Below, one piece after another: positions 53,449-61,987 of a stretch of 64,000 nucleotides of DNA. Numbering within the stretch: the first letter of the stretch is position 1; every line of letters starts with the position of its first letter. The stretch comes from Candidatus Enterousia avicola (GTDB taxonomy: Bacteria; Pseudomonadota; Alphaproteobacteria; Rs-D84), in the NCBI GenBank assembly GCA_018714345.1, contig DVNO01000006.1, positions 7,233 to 71,232 of the forward strand, read 5' to 3'. The notes under the pieces were generated by a model. The model saw only the letters and a list, made by a program, of their open reading frames with translations. It did not search any database and had not been told where the DNA came from. Both the position numbers and the translations under genes were made by a program.

Positions 53449-55719
53449 ATGAATAAAAAAAATTTACTGTTTACTGTCAGTCTAGTATTACTTGCCCCAG
53501 TTGCGAACGCTGCGACTGTTTCTAGAATTGATGTTAAGGGGAACCAACGAATGGATGCTGAATCCATCAGGATTTTGTCAGAAGTAAAAATTGGTGATAA
53601 TGTAAGCTTAGATGACACAAATCAAATCGCAAAAAAATTACAAGAGACGGGCTACTTCTCAAAGGTAAATGTCAGTATGTCCGGAAACACCCTAAAAATA
53701 GATATTGCAGAGGCCCCAACGGTCAATATGGTGACAATAGAGGGTAATGATGAAATATCTACAGATGATTTAAAGAAAGAATTACGCTTAAAGTCACGTG
53801 AATCTTATGATGAATCCGTCATCGGTGCAGACGTACAAAGAATGCTAACTTTATATCAACGCAAGGGATTTTTTGGCACAAAAATAGAACCTCAAAAAAT
53901 TCAACTGGACGATAATAGAGTAAATGTTGTTTATGAAATTGACGAGGGGCACCCTACCTATATAAAGAACATTGAGTTTGATGGAAATAAAGTTTTCAGC
54001 GATTCTACGCTGCGAGACCAGATTTTATCGCGCGAGCATGCGTGGTGGCGTTTTATGACACAATTTGATGTCTTCGACGAAGATAGAATCATGTACGATC
54101 AACAAATGTTGCGACAATTTTATATGCGCAACGGTTACGTTGATATACAAATAACAGATGCTAATGGGGTATTTTCTCCAGACCGTCAATACTACTCTGT
54201 TACGTTTACTGTTGACGAAGGGAAGAAATATAAATTTGGAAATATAACGATAGACAACCCTTTTCCAGACGTTCCAGACGAAGAACTATATGATGTAATA
54301 AAAACTAAAAATGGCGATGTTTATAATATAGATTTAGTAGACGAGACTATTTCTGCATTACGTGGTGCAGTGGCAGATCATGGTTATGCATTTATTACGG
54401 TCAACCCAGTACCGAAAAAAAACGATGATGCGCAAACCATTGATATGGAATTTCAAATAGAAAAAACTAATAGAATATATCTTAATAACATAAATATTCT
54501 GGGAAATGTACGTACATTTGATTCTGTAATAGAACAATTGATTCCTATGCGCTCTGGAGACCCGTTCTCGTTGCAAACTATTGAAGAAGGGCGTCAAAAT
54601 TTGATGCGAACTCGCTATTTCAAAAACGTTCAAATGGTGCCAAACCGCATAGCGGACGCAAATATGATAAACTTGGACATCGAAGTCGAAGAACAACCAA
54701 CGGGTGAACTATCTGGTGGCTTTGGTTGGTCTAACATAAATGGTTTTATGGTTGACGCGGGAATAACCGAAACAAACTTTATGGGACGTGGTCAGGTTGT
54801 TCAATTGCGTGGTTCTATTGCCCAATATCAAAAACAGGCATTGTTCAGCTTCACGGAACCTTATTTGTTTGGCAGACCTTTGTCAGGTGGCTTTGATGTT
54901 TCTTATACAATGTATGACTACTCGTCTTTGGGCGGATTTGGTTACGATAGAGACTCTTTAACTGTTGCAGGAAGACTGGGGTGGAAGCTAACCGACCACT
55001 GGTCTCAGAATGTTAGACTTTCAGCATCTTTTGACCAAAACTATGACTTGCAATCTTCGACTGGGTGGCGTGATGCTAACTTATATACATTAAGTACTTC
55101 TTTGCGTTATTATAATTTAGACACAAACTTTGAACAAAATACTCATACTGGTGTGGTTAGTAATCTTGGGGTGGCTTATACCGGATTTGGCGGAACGGAA
55201 ACATATATGCGGTATAGCGCAGATATAACAGGAATGATAAAATTCTTTGACGACAGATGGCAATTGCGTTCATCATTGGATTTTGGTTTGTTACAACCGC
55301 TTGATGGAACTTATATTTCCAGAGTATACCGTTATTTCTTAGGTGGTGAAACGCTGCGCGGTTTTGATATCGCTGGCGTCGGTTCAAGAAACTGGTACTG
55401 GACAACGTATTCTCTTGGGGGACTATGGAAAGTCAATGGTTCAACACAACTAAACTTCCCTATCTTTATACCAGATGAATATCAGGTAAAAGGCTTTGTG
55501 TTCTTTGATTATGGTATTTTGGGAAAGCCACCAAAAGAAGAATATACCTATCTTGGACGTGCGAATTACATAGATAGCGATTTGCGTACATCTGTTGGTG
55601 TTGGTATTTACTGGAATACACCAATGGGACCGATGAACTTCAGTTGGGGGTGGCCGTTAAAGATGACAGAATATGATAGAGAACAAAGATTCCTGTTATC
55701 GTTCGAAACACAATTCTAA
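53449..55719 (+). CDS. bamA: Outer membrane protein assembly factor BamA
   Basis: Signal peptide, POTRA-like repeats (IDVKGNQR..., IEGNDEIS...), 16-strand barrel region, C-terminal ...LLSFETQF. Confidence 0.95.
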   Translation: MNKKNLLFTVSLVLLAPVANAATVSRIDVKGNQRMDAESIRILSEVKIGDNVSLDDTNQIAKKLQETGYFSKVNVSMSGNTLKIDIAEAPTVNMVTIEGNDEISTDDLKKELRLKSRESYDESVIGADVQRMLTLYQRKGFFGTKIEPQKIQLDDNRVNVVYEIDEGHPTYIKNIEFDGNKVFSDSTLRDQILSREHAWWRFMTQFDVFDEDRIMYDQQMLRQFYMRNGYVDIQITDANGVFSPDRQYYSVTFTVDEGKKYKFGNITIDNPFPDVPDEELYDVIKTKNGDVYNIDLVDETISALRGAVADHGYAFITVNPVPKKNDDAQTIDMEFQIEKTNRIYLNNINILGNVRTFDSVIEQLIPMRSGDPFSLQTIEEGRQNLMRTRYFKNVQMVPNRIADANMINLDIEVEEQPTGELSGGFGWSNINGFMVDAGITETNFMGRGQVVQLRGSIAQYQKQALFSFTEPYLFGRPLSGGFDVSYTMYDYSSLGGFGYDRDSLTVAGRLGWKLTDHWSQNVRLSASFDQNYDLQSSTGWRDANLYTLSTSLRYYNLDTNFEQNTHTGVVSNLGVAYTGFGGTETYMRYSADITGMIKFFDDRWQLRSSLDFGLLQPLDGTYISRVYRYFLGGETLRGFDIAGVGSRNWYWTTYSLGGLWKVNGSTQLNFPIFIPDEYQVKGFVFFDYGILGKPPKEEYTYLGRANYIDSDLRTSVGVGIYWNTPMGPMNFSWGWPLKMTEYDREQRFLLSFETQF

Positions 55720-55724
55720 ACAAC

Positions 55725-55755
55725 AAAAAAGTCGATTGAAATAATCGACTTTTTT
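55725..55755 (+). terminator. Intrinsic terminator after bamA
   Basis: A6, gtcgatt-gaaata-aatcgac hairpin, T5. Confidence 0.75.
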
Positions 55756-55765
55756 GTTTTATATC

Positions 55766-55795
55766 TTGACCAATGTGGCGAATTTTTCTTATAAT
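55766..55795 (+). promoter_or_regulatory. Sigma70-like promoter of the lipoprotein/VirB8-like operon
   Basis: TTGACC (55766-55771), 18-nt spacer, TATAAT (55790-55795). SD aaggggga precedes the ATG at 55820. Confidence 0.55.
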
Positions 55796-55819
55796 TCAAT
55801 AAATATAAGGGGGAAAGAT

Positions 55820-55966
55820 ATGAAGAAAGTTTTATTAGGAATATTCGTCGCACTTGTGTTGGCGGGCTGCGGTCAAATTTATGATCGTGAACCGGTTGGT
55901 GTTGGATATGACAATAATGAATTAAAGCTTAGCCCTTGTGCATGCATAATGGTATATCAGGCTTAA
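55820..55966 (+). CDS. 48-aa lipoprotein (below the ORF-track cutoff as a stand-alone start)
   Basis: MKKVLLGIFVALVLAGC has a lipobox LAG-C. Strong SD and promoter. First gene of a tightly packed four-gene set. Confidence 0.6.
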   Translation: MKKVLLGIFVALVLAGCGQIYDREPVGVGYDNNELKLSPCACIMVYQA

Positions 55967-55993
55967 TACACCAACGCTATCGGAGGGATGTAA

Positions 55994-56695
55994 TTGGATT
56001 ATCCTAGCAATTTTAATACTCCTGCTTTCCCAGCAGGACCAAGTATCGCCGTATCAAGATTTATGGCGATTGCTTCGTGCGTGTTATTTGTGCTGATAAT
56101 CTTTGCATCAGGTTTATTGTTGTGGGCAGTAAAATCAAATAGAGTAGATCCGTTCATAGTATATGTTGATGATTTTACAGGTCAATGGTCGGTGATAGAA
56201 CATTCTCACGAAAATGCTGAATTGGAATACCCTGCCCTATGGTCTGTACAGCAATCGGTAGTTGGCAATTTCTTAGAAAACTGGTTTTCTATTTCAGAAA
56301 ACCCGCAAGAAAATGAAATTCTGTGGCAAACTTGCAAACGATCAGATGATTGCAGTATCGAGGCAGAACGTGCATACGATGACAAGACTTGTGCATTGTA
56401 TTGTATCACGGGTGAAGAACTATTTTCCAAATTCATATATGACGTTGTACCAATTTATCAGTCACGGGTATCAAATGGTGAAACTTGGTTAATCGACAAA
56501 ACAGAATTTCAAATTGAACCAGTTGGTAAAATAACCGATAATGGTGGAACGTGGCGAATTAATGGAGAAATACAATCTAGCATTTCTGGGAATATAGAAA
56601 TTATAGCTTTCGTAAAAGTGGTAAGGAATATATCTCTTTACCCTAGAACATTGGGATATTACGTAGCAGATTTTAATGCATATAAGATAAATTGA
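55994..56695 (+). CDS. Bitopic inner-membrane protein, VirB8-like
   Basis: TTG start 7 nt after ggaggg. One TM, then NRVDPFIVYVDDFTGQWSVI (compare VirB8 ..VVPY..VD..TG....). SVVGNFLENWFSIS. C-terminal YPRTLGYYVADFNAYK (compare NPLGFxVxxYR). Confidence 0.5.
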   Translation: MDYPSNFNTPAFPAGPSIAVSRFMAIASCVLFVLIIFASGLLLWAVKSNRVDPFIVYVDDFTGQWSVIEHSHENAELEYPALWSVQQSVVGNFLENWFSISENPQENEILWQTCKRSDDCSIEAERAYDDKTCALYCITGEELFSKFIYDVVPIYQSRVSNGETWLIDKTEFQIEPVGKITDNGGTWRINGEIQSSISGNIEIIAFVKVVRNISLYPRTLGYYVADFNAYKIN

Positions 56696-57336
56696 TGAAA
56701 AAATTGTTAGTTTTTTTTGTTAGTCTTATTTTGCTGGTTTTAACTGGCGTTGCCATCTATTTTGCTGGCGGTATATTTGATGCCGGTGTAAATCAAAGGG
56801 TTTATCCATTCTTTTTTCAGCCGAATAATCTGTCTTCTCAGCGACCAGGGGCTCCACAAACACCGGAATACATTGGAGAGTCAGAATTTAGGGATATGCT
56901 TGTACGAAAGTACATAACGGAATATTTTTTTGCTTCACCAGACGCAGAAGATATTGCAAAAAGAACGTCTTCAGAGGGTATATTGTCAAAGATGTCTTTG
57001 CCAGAAGTATTTGAAGAATGGTTAAATAATGAAGCTGTAACTATACAAAAGTTAGCAGAAGATAAATCTATGCGAACAGTTAAAGTGATAGATAAGATAT
57101 TTCAACCTAATGGCAGCAAGTACTGGGTTGTAAATTATGAATTGAAAACATGGGAAAAACCAAATGATTTTAGCGTAGCACCAACCATAACACGTGGAAC
57201 TTTATATATGGATATTTCCTACGAACCAGGCTTGCGGAAAAATGCAGATATAGAAGAAATTCATAACCATCTTGAAGAGGGTGGTGACCCTGCACGTGTA
57301 TTTAACTTCAAAGTAAATCGTATTATTCAAGGATAA
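56692..57336 (+). CDS. Second bitopic protein, divergent VirB8-like
   Basis: ATGA overlap with the upstream gene. One TM. FRDMLVRKYITEYFFAS and C-terminal DPARVFNFKVNRI echo the VirB8 conserved blocks more weakly. Confidence 0.4.
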   Translation: MMKKLLVFFVSLILLVLTGVAIYFAGGIFDAGVNQRVYPFFFQPNNLSSQRPGAPQTPEYIGESEFRDMLVRKYITEYFFASPDAEDIAKRTSSEGILSKMSLPEVFEEWLNNEAVTIQKLAEDKSMRTVKVIDKIFQPNGSKYWVVNYELKTWEKPNDFSVAPTITRGTLYMDISYEPGLRKNADIEEIHNHLEEGGDPARVFNFKVNRIIQG

Positions 57337-57339
57337 AGC

Positions 57340-58128
57340 ATGCAGAAGTTTGTTACAATTTTTTCTGTTATTATATCAAGCTTTTTATGGTTAAGCAGTG
57401 AATCCATTGCGGCAACAGATGACTTTGATTTCAGTTCGTTTACGGTTACAGAAACGGGTGATGCTGATCTAACTACAAGTACAGTTTCTATAAATACCGG
57501 TGCACAACCTATAACAGTGAATAATTTTGATATTGCTGGTATTATGCTAGGCATGTCCTTCGACGATGTTGAAAACTTGTTTTTACGTGGCAAGGGGCTT
57601 TATTCACCACGCGAAAAAGATAGTGTTATTTATTCCATTCAAAAAGATTGGAAGTATAACCTTGATTATGAATGTCGCCAGCAAGGCATTTTTGCCCCAG
57701 CAGAATTAGATCAATGTATAAAATCTTTGGCCAAAAACCGTGGACTACTTTACGCGTCCGAATTACATCTAGTAAGAGAAAATACTGGCGAAACTATTGT
57801 GGTTTATTTTACAAGTAATGCTGATGATAACGTAGTTTGGCGTGTTTTATACAATAACGATGTTAATGAAATAGAAGGTGCTAACGAAAAATTTATCGAC
57901 CAACAGGAAAAGAAGATTCTTACTTTTTGGCAAGGTGTCTTAGATAAATATGGTGCACCAAATTCTGGAACAGACAAATGGGTGTCTTCTAACAATTCCT
58001 ATGACCCTATGATGACCGCATATTATGGTGCATTGGACCTGGTAGACATGGGGAGCTATTCTTCGGATATTGCATTAAACATACAAAAAGCACGCGAAAA
58101 CTTCCCTGCTAAACCGTATGCTTTTTAA
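57340..58128 (+). CDS. Secreted protein of unknown function
   Basis: Signal peptide ...WLSSESIAA, two Cys, ends ...KPYAF. Starts 3 nt after the preceding stop with SD aagga. Confidence 0.5.
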   Translation: MQKFVTIFSVIISSFLWLSSESIAATDDFDFSSFTVTETGDADLTTSTVSINTGAQPITVNNFDIAGIMLGMSFDDVENLFLRGKGLYSPREKDSVIYSIQKDWKYNLDYECRQQGIFAPAELDQCIKSLAKNRGLLYASELHLVRENTGETIVVYFTSNADDNVVWRVLYNNDVNEIEGANEKFIDQQEKKILTFWQGVLDKYGAPNSGTDKWVSSNNSYDPMMTAYYGALDLVDMGSYSSDIALNIQKARENFPAKPYAF

Positions 58129-58207
58129 TATTAAATTAATATCTGTTTTTTGACTTTACTTTATAAATGTATGCTTATAAAATGAGTGCCAAAATAAGGG
58201 GATTTTT

Positions 58208-59050
58208 ATGCCACGCGTATCTGTTCTTACACCTATTTACAATACAAACCCAGCGCACTTGCGTGAGTGTATTGATTCTATATTAAATCAGACTTTCAAA
58301 GACTTTGAGTTCATTATCGTGAATGATAGCCCCGAAAATAAAGAGTTAGATAAGATTGTTTCTTCTTATAAAGATCCTAGAATCAAGTATTTTAAAAACA
58401 AAAAAAATATAGGTATATCCGCCACACGCAACAGATTGTTGAAATTGGCCAAAGGTGAATACTTGGCAATATTCGACCATGATGATATTTCTGTGCCAGA
58501 AAGACTTGCATTAGAGGTTGAATACTTAGACAATAATCCATATGTTGGTGTTGTGTCTGGCTGGGTGCAATGCTTTGGCACAAAAAATGATGTTTTAAAA
58601 AACCCAGAAAAAGATATTGATATAAAAGTCCACTTATTAAAAAACTGTTACGTCGCGCATACTGCCGCAATGATAAGGAAATCTGTCCTTACAAAAAATA
58701 ACATCGAATATGAAGAATATTATACCCCGGCGGAAGATTATCGTTTGTGGGCGCGTTTAATGGATGTGACTCATTTTTATAATTTTCAAAAACCCTTGGT
58801 GTATTATCGCACTCATGAAAATATGACCACGATATCTCAAAACAGCAAAATGTATGATGCGTGGGAAAATATATCAACCGAATTGCATAACAAATACCCA
58901 GCTTATTATGATATTCTAAAAAGGTCTGACTTGAATAACGGTACGATTTTCAGATTGCGATTGTTTGGTATTATACCATTAATGAAAATAAAAAATAAAA
59001 GGATCTACCTTTTTGAATTTGTACCGGTTTTAAAACTAAAATGGAAATAA
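58208..59050 (+). CDS. Glycosyltransferase family 2
   Basis: VSVLTPIYNTNPAHLRECIDSILNQTFKDFEFIIVNDSP and the DxD-type IFDHDDIS. Confidence 0.85.
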   Translation: MPRVSVLTPIYNTNPAHLRECIDSILNQTFKDFEFIIVNDSPENKELDKIVSSYKDPRIKYFKNKKNIGISATRNRLLKLAKGEYLAIFDHDDISVPERLALEVEYLDNNPYVGVVSGWVQCFGTKNDVLKNPEKDIDIKVHLLKNCYVAHTAAMIRKSVLTKNNIEYEEYYTPAEDYRLWARLMDVTHFYNFQKPLVYYRTHENMTTISQNSKMYDAWENISTELHNKYPAYYDILKRSDLNNGTIFRLRLFGIIPLMKIKNKRIYLFEFVPVLKLKWK

Positions 59051-59053
59051 TAA

Positions 59054-60478
59054 ATGCCAAAAATAAGTATCATCATTCCAGTATATAATACAAGTAAATA
59101 TCTAAGAGAATGTTTAGATTCTGTCTTAGCTCAAACATTTACTGATATTGAAATAATTTGTATAAACGACGGAAGTACAGATAATAGTTTAGACATATTA
59201 CACGAGTACGAGAGGTTTGATCAGCGCATAAAAGTTATCGATATAGAAAATCAGGGCGTATGTGTCGCACGCAGTATAGGAATAGATAGCGCGAAAAGCG
59301 AATTAATTTTTCAATTAGATAGTGATGACATAATTGCCCCGACCGCTTTGGAAAAAATGTACTCACATTTTATGGCAGGTGATGGCGATATAATTACTTG
59401 TCGCGTCATGATGTTTGGTAAAAAACTTGGGGAACTAAAACTACAAAAACCAACTAAGTTAAATATGGCTAAAGATAACTGTCTGGTAAATGCTGCTTTA
59501 CTAAGAAAATCGGATTTTTTAGAGTGTGGTGGCTATTCAGAAGATTATAAACTGGCTTTAGAAGACTATGATTTATGGTTAAATCTGTTATTTGAACATA
59601 ATAAGAAAATTTATCGAATACCTGAAATATTATTTTATTACAGAATAAAAGATAAATCAGAATCTAGAAATTGGCAGCACCGTGATGAGCATATTAGATT
59701 AGTAAAAAATATGTACAGCAAACATCGGCATATAAAATGGTACTTGTACATAAATTTTGTTATTAAACAAATTCGTAAAGTTGCGCGGTTTTTCTTTAGA
59801 ATACAAGATAACAAAGTAAAAATTCTGAAAATACCCGTTTTTAGATTGAAAAAATATGATTGCGTTATTTCAATTGGGGCAGCCTGCTTCGTGCCAGACG
59901 CATTAAAACATCTAAAGGTTCGTAAATTTAGCGGTCCGTTTGATTGGATGTATGGTTCCAGTGTAGAAACACGGTTAAAGTGCGTATACGACGAATTTAA
60001 CAATTACTTTGACTACGAAGATTTTGAATATCTTGAAGTAAATAAGGATAACGGTAAAGCTATTTATAAAAATAAAAAAACTGGGATTGTTTATAATCAC
60101 GATTTTGAACCAGGCGATTTTAATAAAACTTTCCCGCCTGTTGCGGAAAAATATAAACGTCGCACAAAACGTATGATTGACCACTTGCTTACAGATAACC
60201 GAGTGTTACTTGTTTTTGCAGAGTTCATGAATATCGGTAATGTTGATGAAATAATAAAAATAATAGATGATTTGAATTACAAATACCCAGCAGATATTGA
60301 TTTCTTATATATTAATAACAATAAGAATATAAAGCTCGGAGATTTTACTGCACCACGTAGAATTTCAAAAAATGTAATTTATAGCGAATATTATTATTAT
60401 AAATTTCCAGACGAAACTACTACCGCCAGAAAAATTACTGAGCAAATCGTAAAAAAGGTCATGAAAACTTCTATATAA
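59054..60478 (+). CDS. Glycosyltransferase family 2 fused to a DUF1796-like (papain-like) C-terminal domain
   Basis: N-terminus ISIIIPVYNTSKYLRECLDSVLAQTFTDIEIICINDGSTD...LDSDD. C-terminus VISIGAACFVPDALKHLKVRKFSGPFDWM matches my recollection of the DUF1796 signature ISLGxxC...L....R..S.PFDW. Confidence 0.7.
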   Translation: MPKISIIIPVYNTSKYLRECLDSVLAQTFTDIEIICINDGSTDNSLDILHEYERFDQRIKVIDIENQGVCVARSIGIDSAKSELIFQLDSDDIIAPTALEKMYSHFMAGDGDIITCRVMMFGKKLGELKLQKPTKLNMAKDNCLVNAALLRKSDFLECGGYSEDYKLALEDYDLWLNLLFEHNKKIYRIPEILFYYRIKDKSESRNWQHRDEHIRLVKNMYSKHRHIKWYLYINFVIKQIRKVARFFFRIQDNKVKILKIPVFRLKKYDCVISIGAACFVPDALKHLKVRKFSGPFDWMYGSSVETRLKCVYDEFNNYFDYEDFEYLEVNKDNGKAIYKNKKTGIVYNHDFEPGDFNKTFPPVAEKYKRRTKRMIDHLLTDNRVLLVFAEFMNIGNVDEIIKIIDDLNYKYPADIDFLYINNNKNIKLGDFTAPRRISKNVIYSEYYYYKFPDETTTARKITEQIVKKVMKTSI

Positions 60479-60480
60479 TT

Positions 60481-60825
60481 ATGACTTCTTATAAAACTGG
60501 GATTTTTTCTGAGTTACTTGCATGTATCTATCTGCGATTACACGGTTTCCGTATACTAAAACGTCGCTTCGTTACAGGGCGGTATACGGGACGCGCAGAA
60601 ATAGATATAATTGCTAAACGCGACAACCTTATACTCTTTATCGAAGTAAAGCACAGAAAAAATCTAATTACAGGTCTTGACGCAGTTACTAAAAAACAAT
60701 CGATCCGACTAAGAAATGCGGCAGAAAGCTATCTGGCAAAAATAAAATGGAACGGTGATGCTAGATTTGACATAATTGTCATCACCCCACCATTAAAAAT
60801 TAAATGGATTAAAGAAGCTTTCTAG
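60481..60825 (+). CDS. yraN: YraN-family (UPF0102) endonuclease-like protein
   Basis: GIFSELLACIYLRLHGFRIL...AEIDIIAKRDNLILFIEVKHR...RFDII matches the YraN pattern. Confidence 0.85.
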   Translation: MTSYKTGIFSELLACIYLRLHGFRILKRRFVTGRYTGRAEIDIIAKRDNLILFIEVKHRKNLITGLDAVTKKQSIRLRNAAESYLAKIKWNGDARFDIIVITPPLKIKWIKEAF

Positions 60826-60830
60826 CATAC

Positions 60831-60859
60831 TTGCAAATATCCTTTTATTCATTTATAAT
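60831..60859 (+). promoter_or_regulatory. Sigma70-like promoter
   Basis: TTGCAA (60831-60836), 17-nt spacer, TATAAT (60854-60859). Confidence 0.55.
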
Positions 60860-60891
60860 CAAGTGTACTTTTTATATAAAAAGGAGAAACT

Positions 60892-61041
60892 ATGAAAAAA
60901 GTAATGTTGGCTTTGTTTGCCGTTATGACGTTGGCTGCCTGCACAGGTTCTTATAAGCAAGGTAATTGTGAATATGATTTCTTGCTACATAAAGATATTT
61001 CTATTTCTAAAATCATTGGCAATGCAACAGGTGGTTGCTAA
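60892..61041 (+). CDS. 49-aa lipoprotein (not in the ORF track)
   Basis: SD aaaggag, then MKKVMLALFAVMTLAAC (lipobox LAA-C). The mature peptide has 3 Cys including the C-terminal residue. Ends at a strong terminator. Confidence 0.55.
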   Translation: MKKVMLALFAVMTLAACTGSYKQGNCEYDFLLHKDISISKIIGNATGGC

Positions 61042-61047
61042 AAAAAT

Positions 61048-61070
61048 ATCCCGCGAAAGCGGGATTTTTT
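61048..61070. terminator. Bidirectional intrinsic terminator
   Basis: atcccgc-gaaa-gcgggat followed by T6, with a hairpin identical to 48342-48359. The lpxI stop overlaps the T-run. Confidence 0.8.
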
Positions 61071-61899
61071 AATCAACGGCAACTATAAATATCTTTTTCT
61101 CATTCGCTCGCTTTATAACTGCCTCTTTATCGACAACAAAACATGTCTTTGTATTTACAATTATTCCACGCAACTTTGCCGCTGCAACAGAGTTAACTGT
61201 ATCAACACCTATTGCTGGTATATCGATCCTCAAATCCTGTCCGGGTTTTGTCATCTTTGCAAATACACCGCTAATGCCTTTGTGCCCCTTGCGCATATCT
61301 ATTACCCTGTCAAGCATCCTTGCTGTGCCTTCTGCTGCCTCTACCGCAATTACCTGACGATCTACAACAACAGATGCCCCAATGTCCGCCGCACCAATGG
61401 TATGAGAAACCTCTATCGCCCTATCTATATCTTTCTTATCTTTGGCGGTTGGTTTTACCTTTGTCTTTACCCCCGCCTTTTGAAAGGTTAGTTCTGGGGC
61501 TACGTCCTGTGCCGCAACTATCTCGAAACCACGTTTTTCTAAAGCTTTATTTAATGCAACTGCCATTGAATCATACCCCCGCTGATTTTTTAAAATGCTT
61601 AGCAACAGACCGATAGACCATAAGTCAGGCCGAACATCTGATAAGTTTGGATGACCTAGCGAACCTACAAATGTTAATTTTTTTATTCCACGACGACGCG
61701 CCTCGCGAACAGCGGGCCATGCGCCACCAATGCGCATAACCATATCTGGTTGTAAGCGCGGATCATAAAAGTTCTTTAAACCTATAACAAATACGCTCCA
61801 ACCTGCTTTACGCAAAGCATCGCGTGTGAAAAACGGCAAATCTAGTGCACCGGCTATTACAGCTATTTTTTTATCTTTTTCTTTATTATTTTTCTTCAT
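61069..61899 (-). CDS. lpxI: UDP-2,3-diacylglucosamine pyrophosphatase LpxI (DUF1009)
   Basis: IAVIAGALDLP..., DIGASVVVDRQVIAVEAAEGTARMLDR, GVFAKMTKPGQDLRIDIPAIG follow the LpxI pattern known from alphaproteobacteria. Confidence 0.8.
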   Translation of the reverse strand: MKKNNKEKDKKIAVIAGALDLPFFTRDALRKAGWSVFVIGLKNFYDPRLQPDMVMRIGGAWPAVREARRRGIKKLTFVGSLGHPNLSDVRPDLWSIGLLLSILKNQRGYDSMAVALNKALEKRGFEIVAAQDVAPELTFQKAGVKTKVKPTAKDKKDIDRAIEVSHTIGAADIGASVVVDRQVIAVEAAEGTARMLDRVIDMRKGHKGISGVFAKMTKPGQDLRIDIPAIGVDTVNSVAAAKLRGIIVNTKTCFVVDKEAVIKRANEKKIFIVAVD

Positions 61900-61987
61900 G
61901 CTTTAAATGGTACGCGTAAATCAAGCTGGAATCAAGTTACATTTTATGCTAAAATGAAGTAATTAAATAATACTTGGTGGTTAAAAT

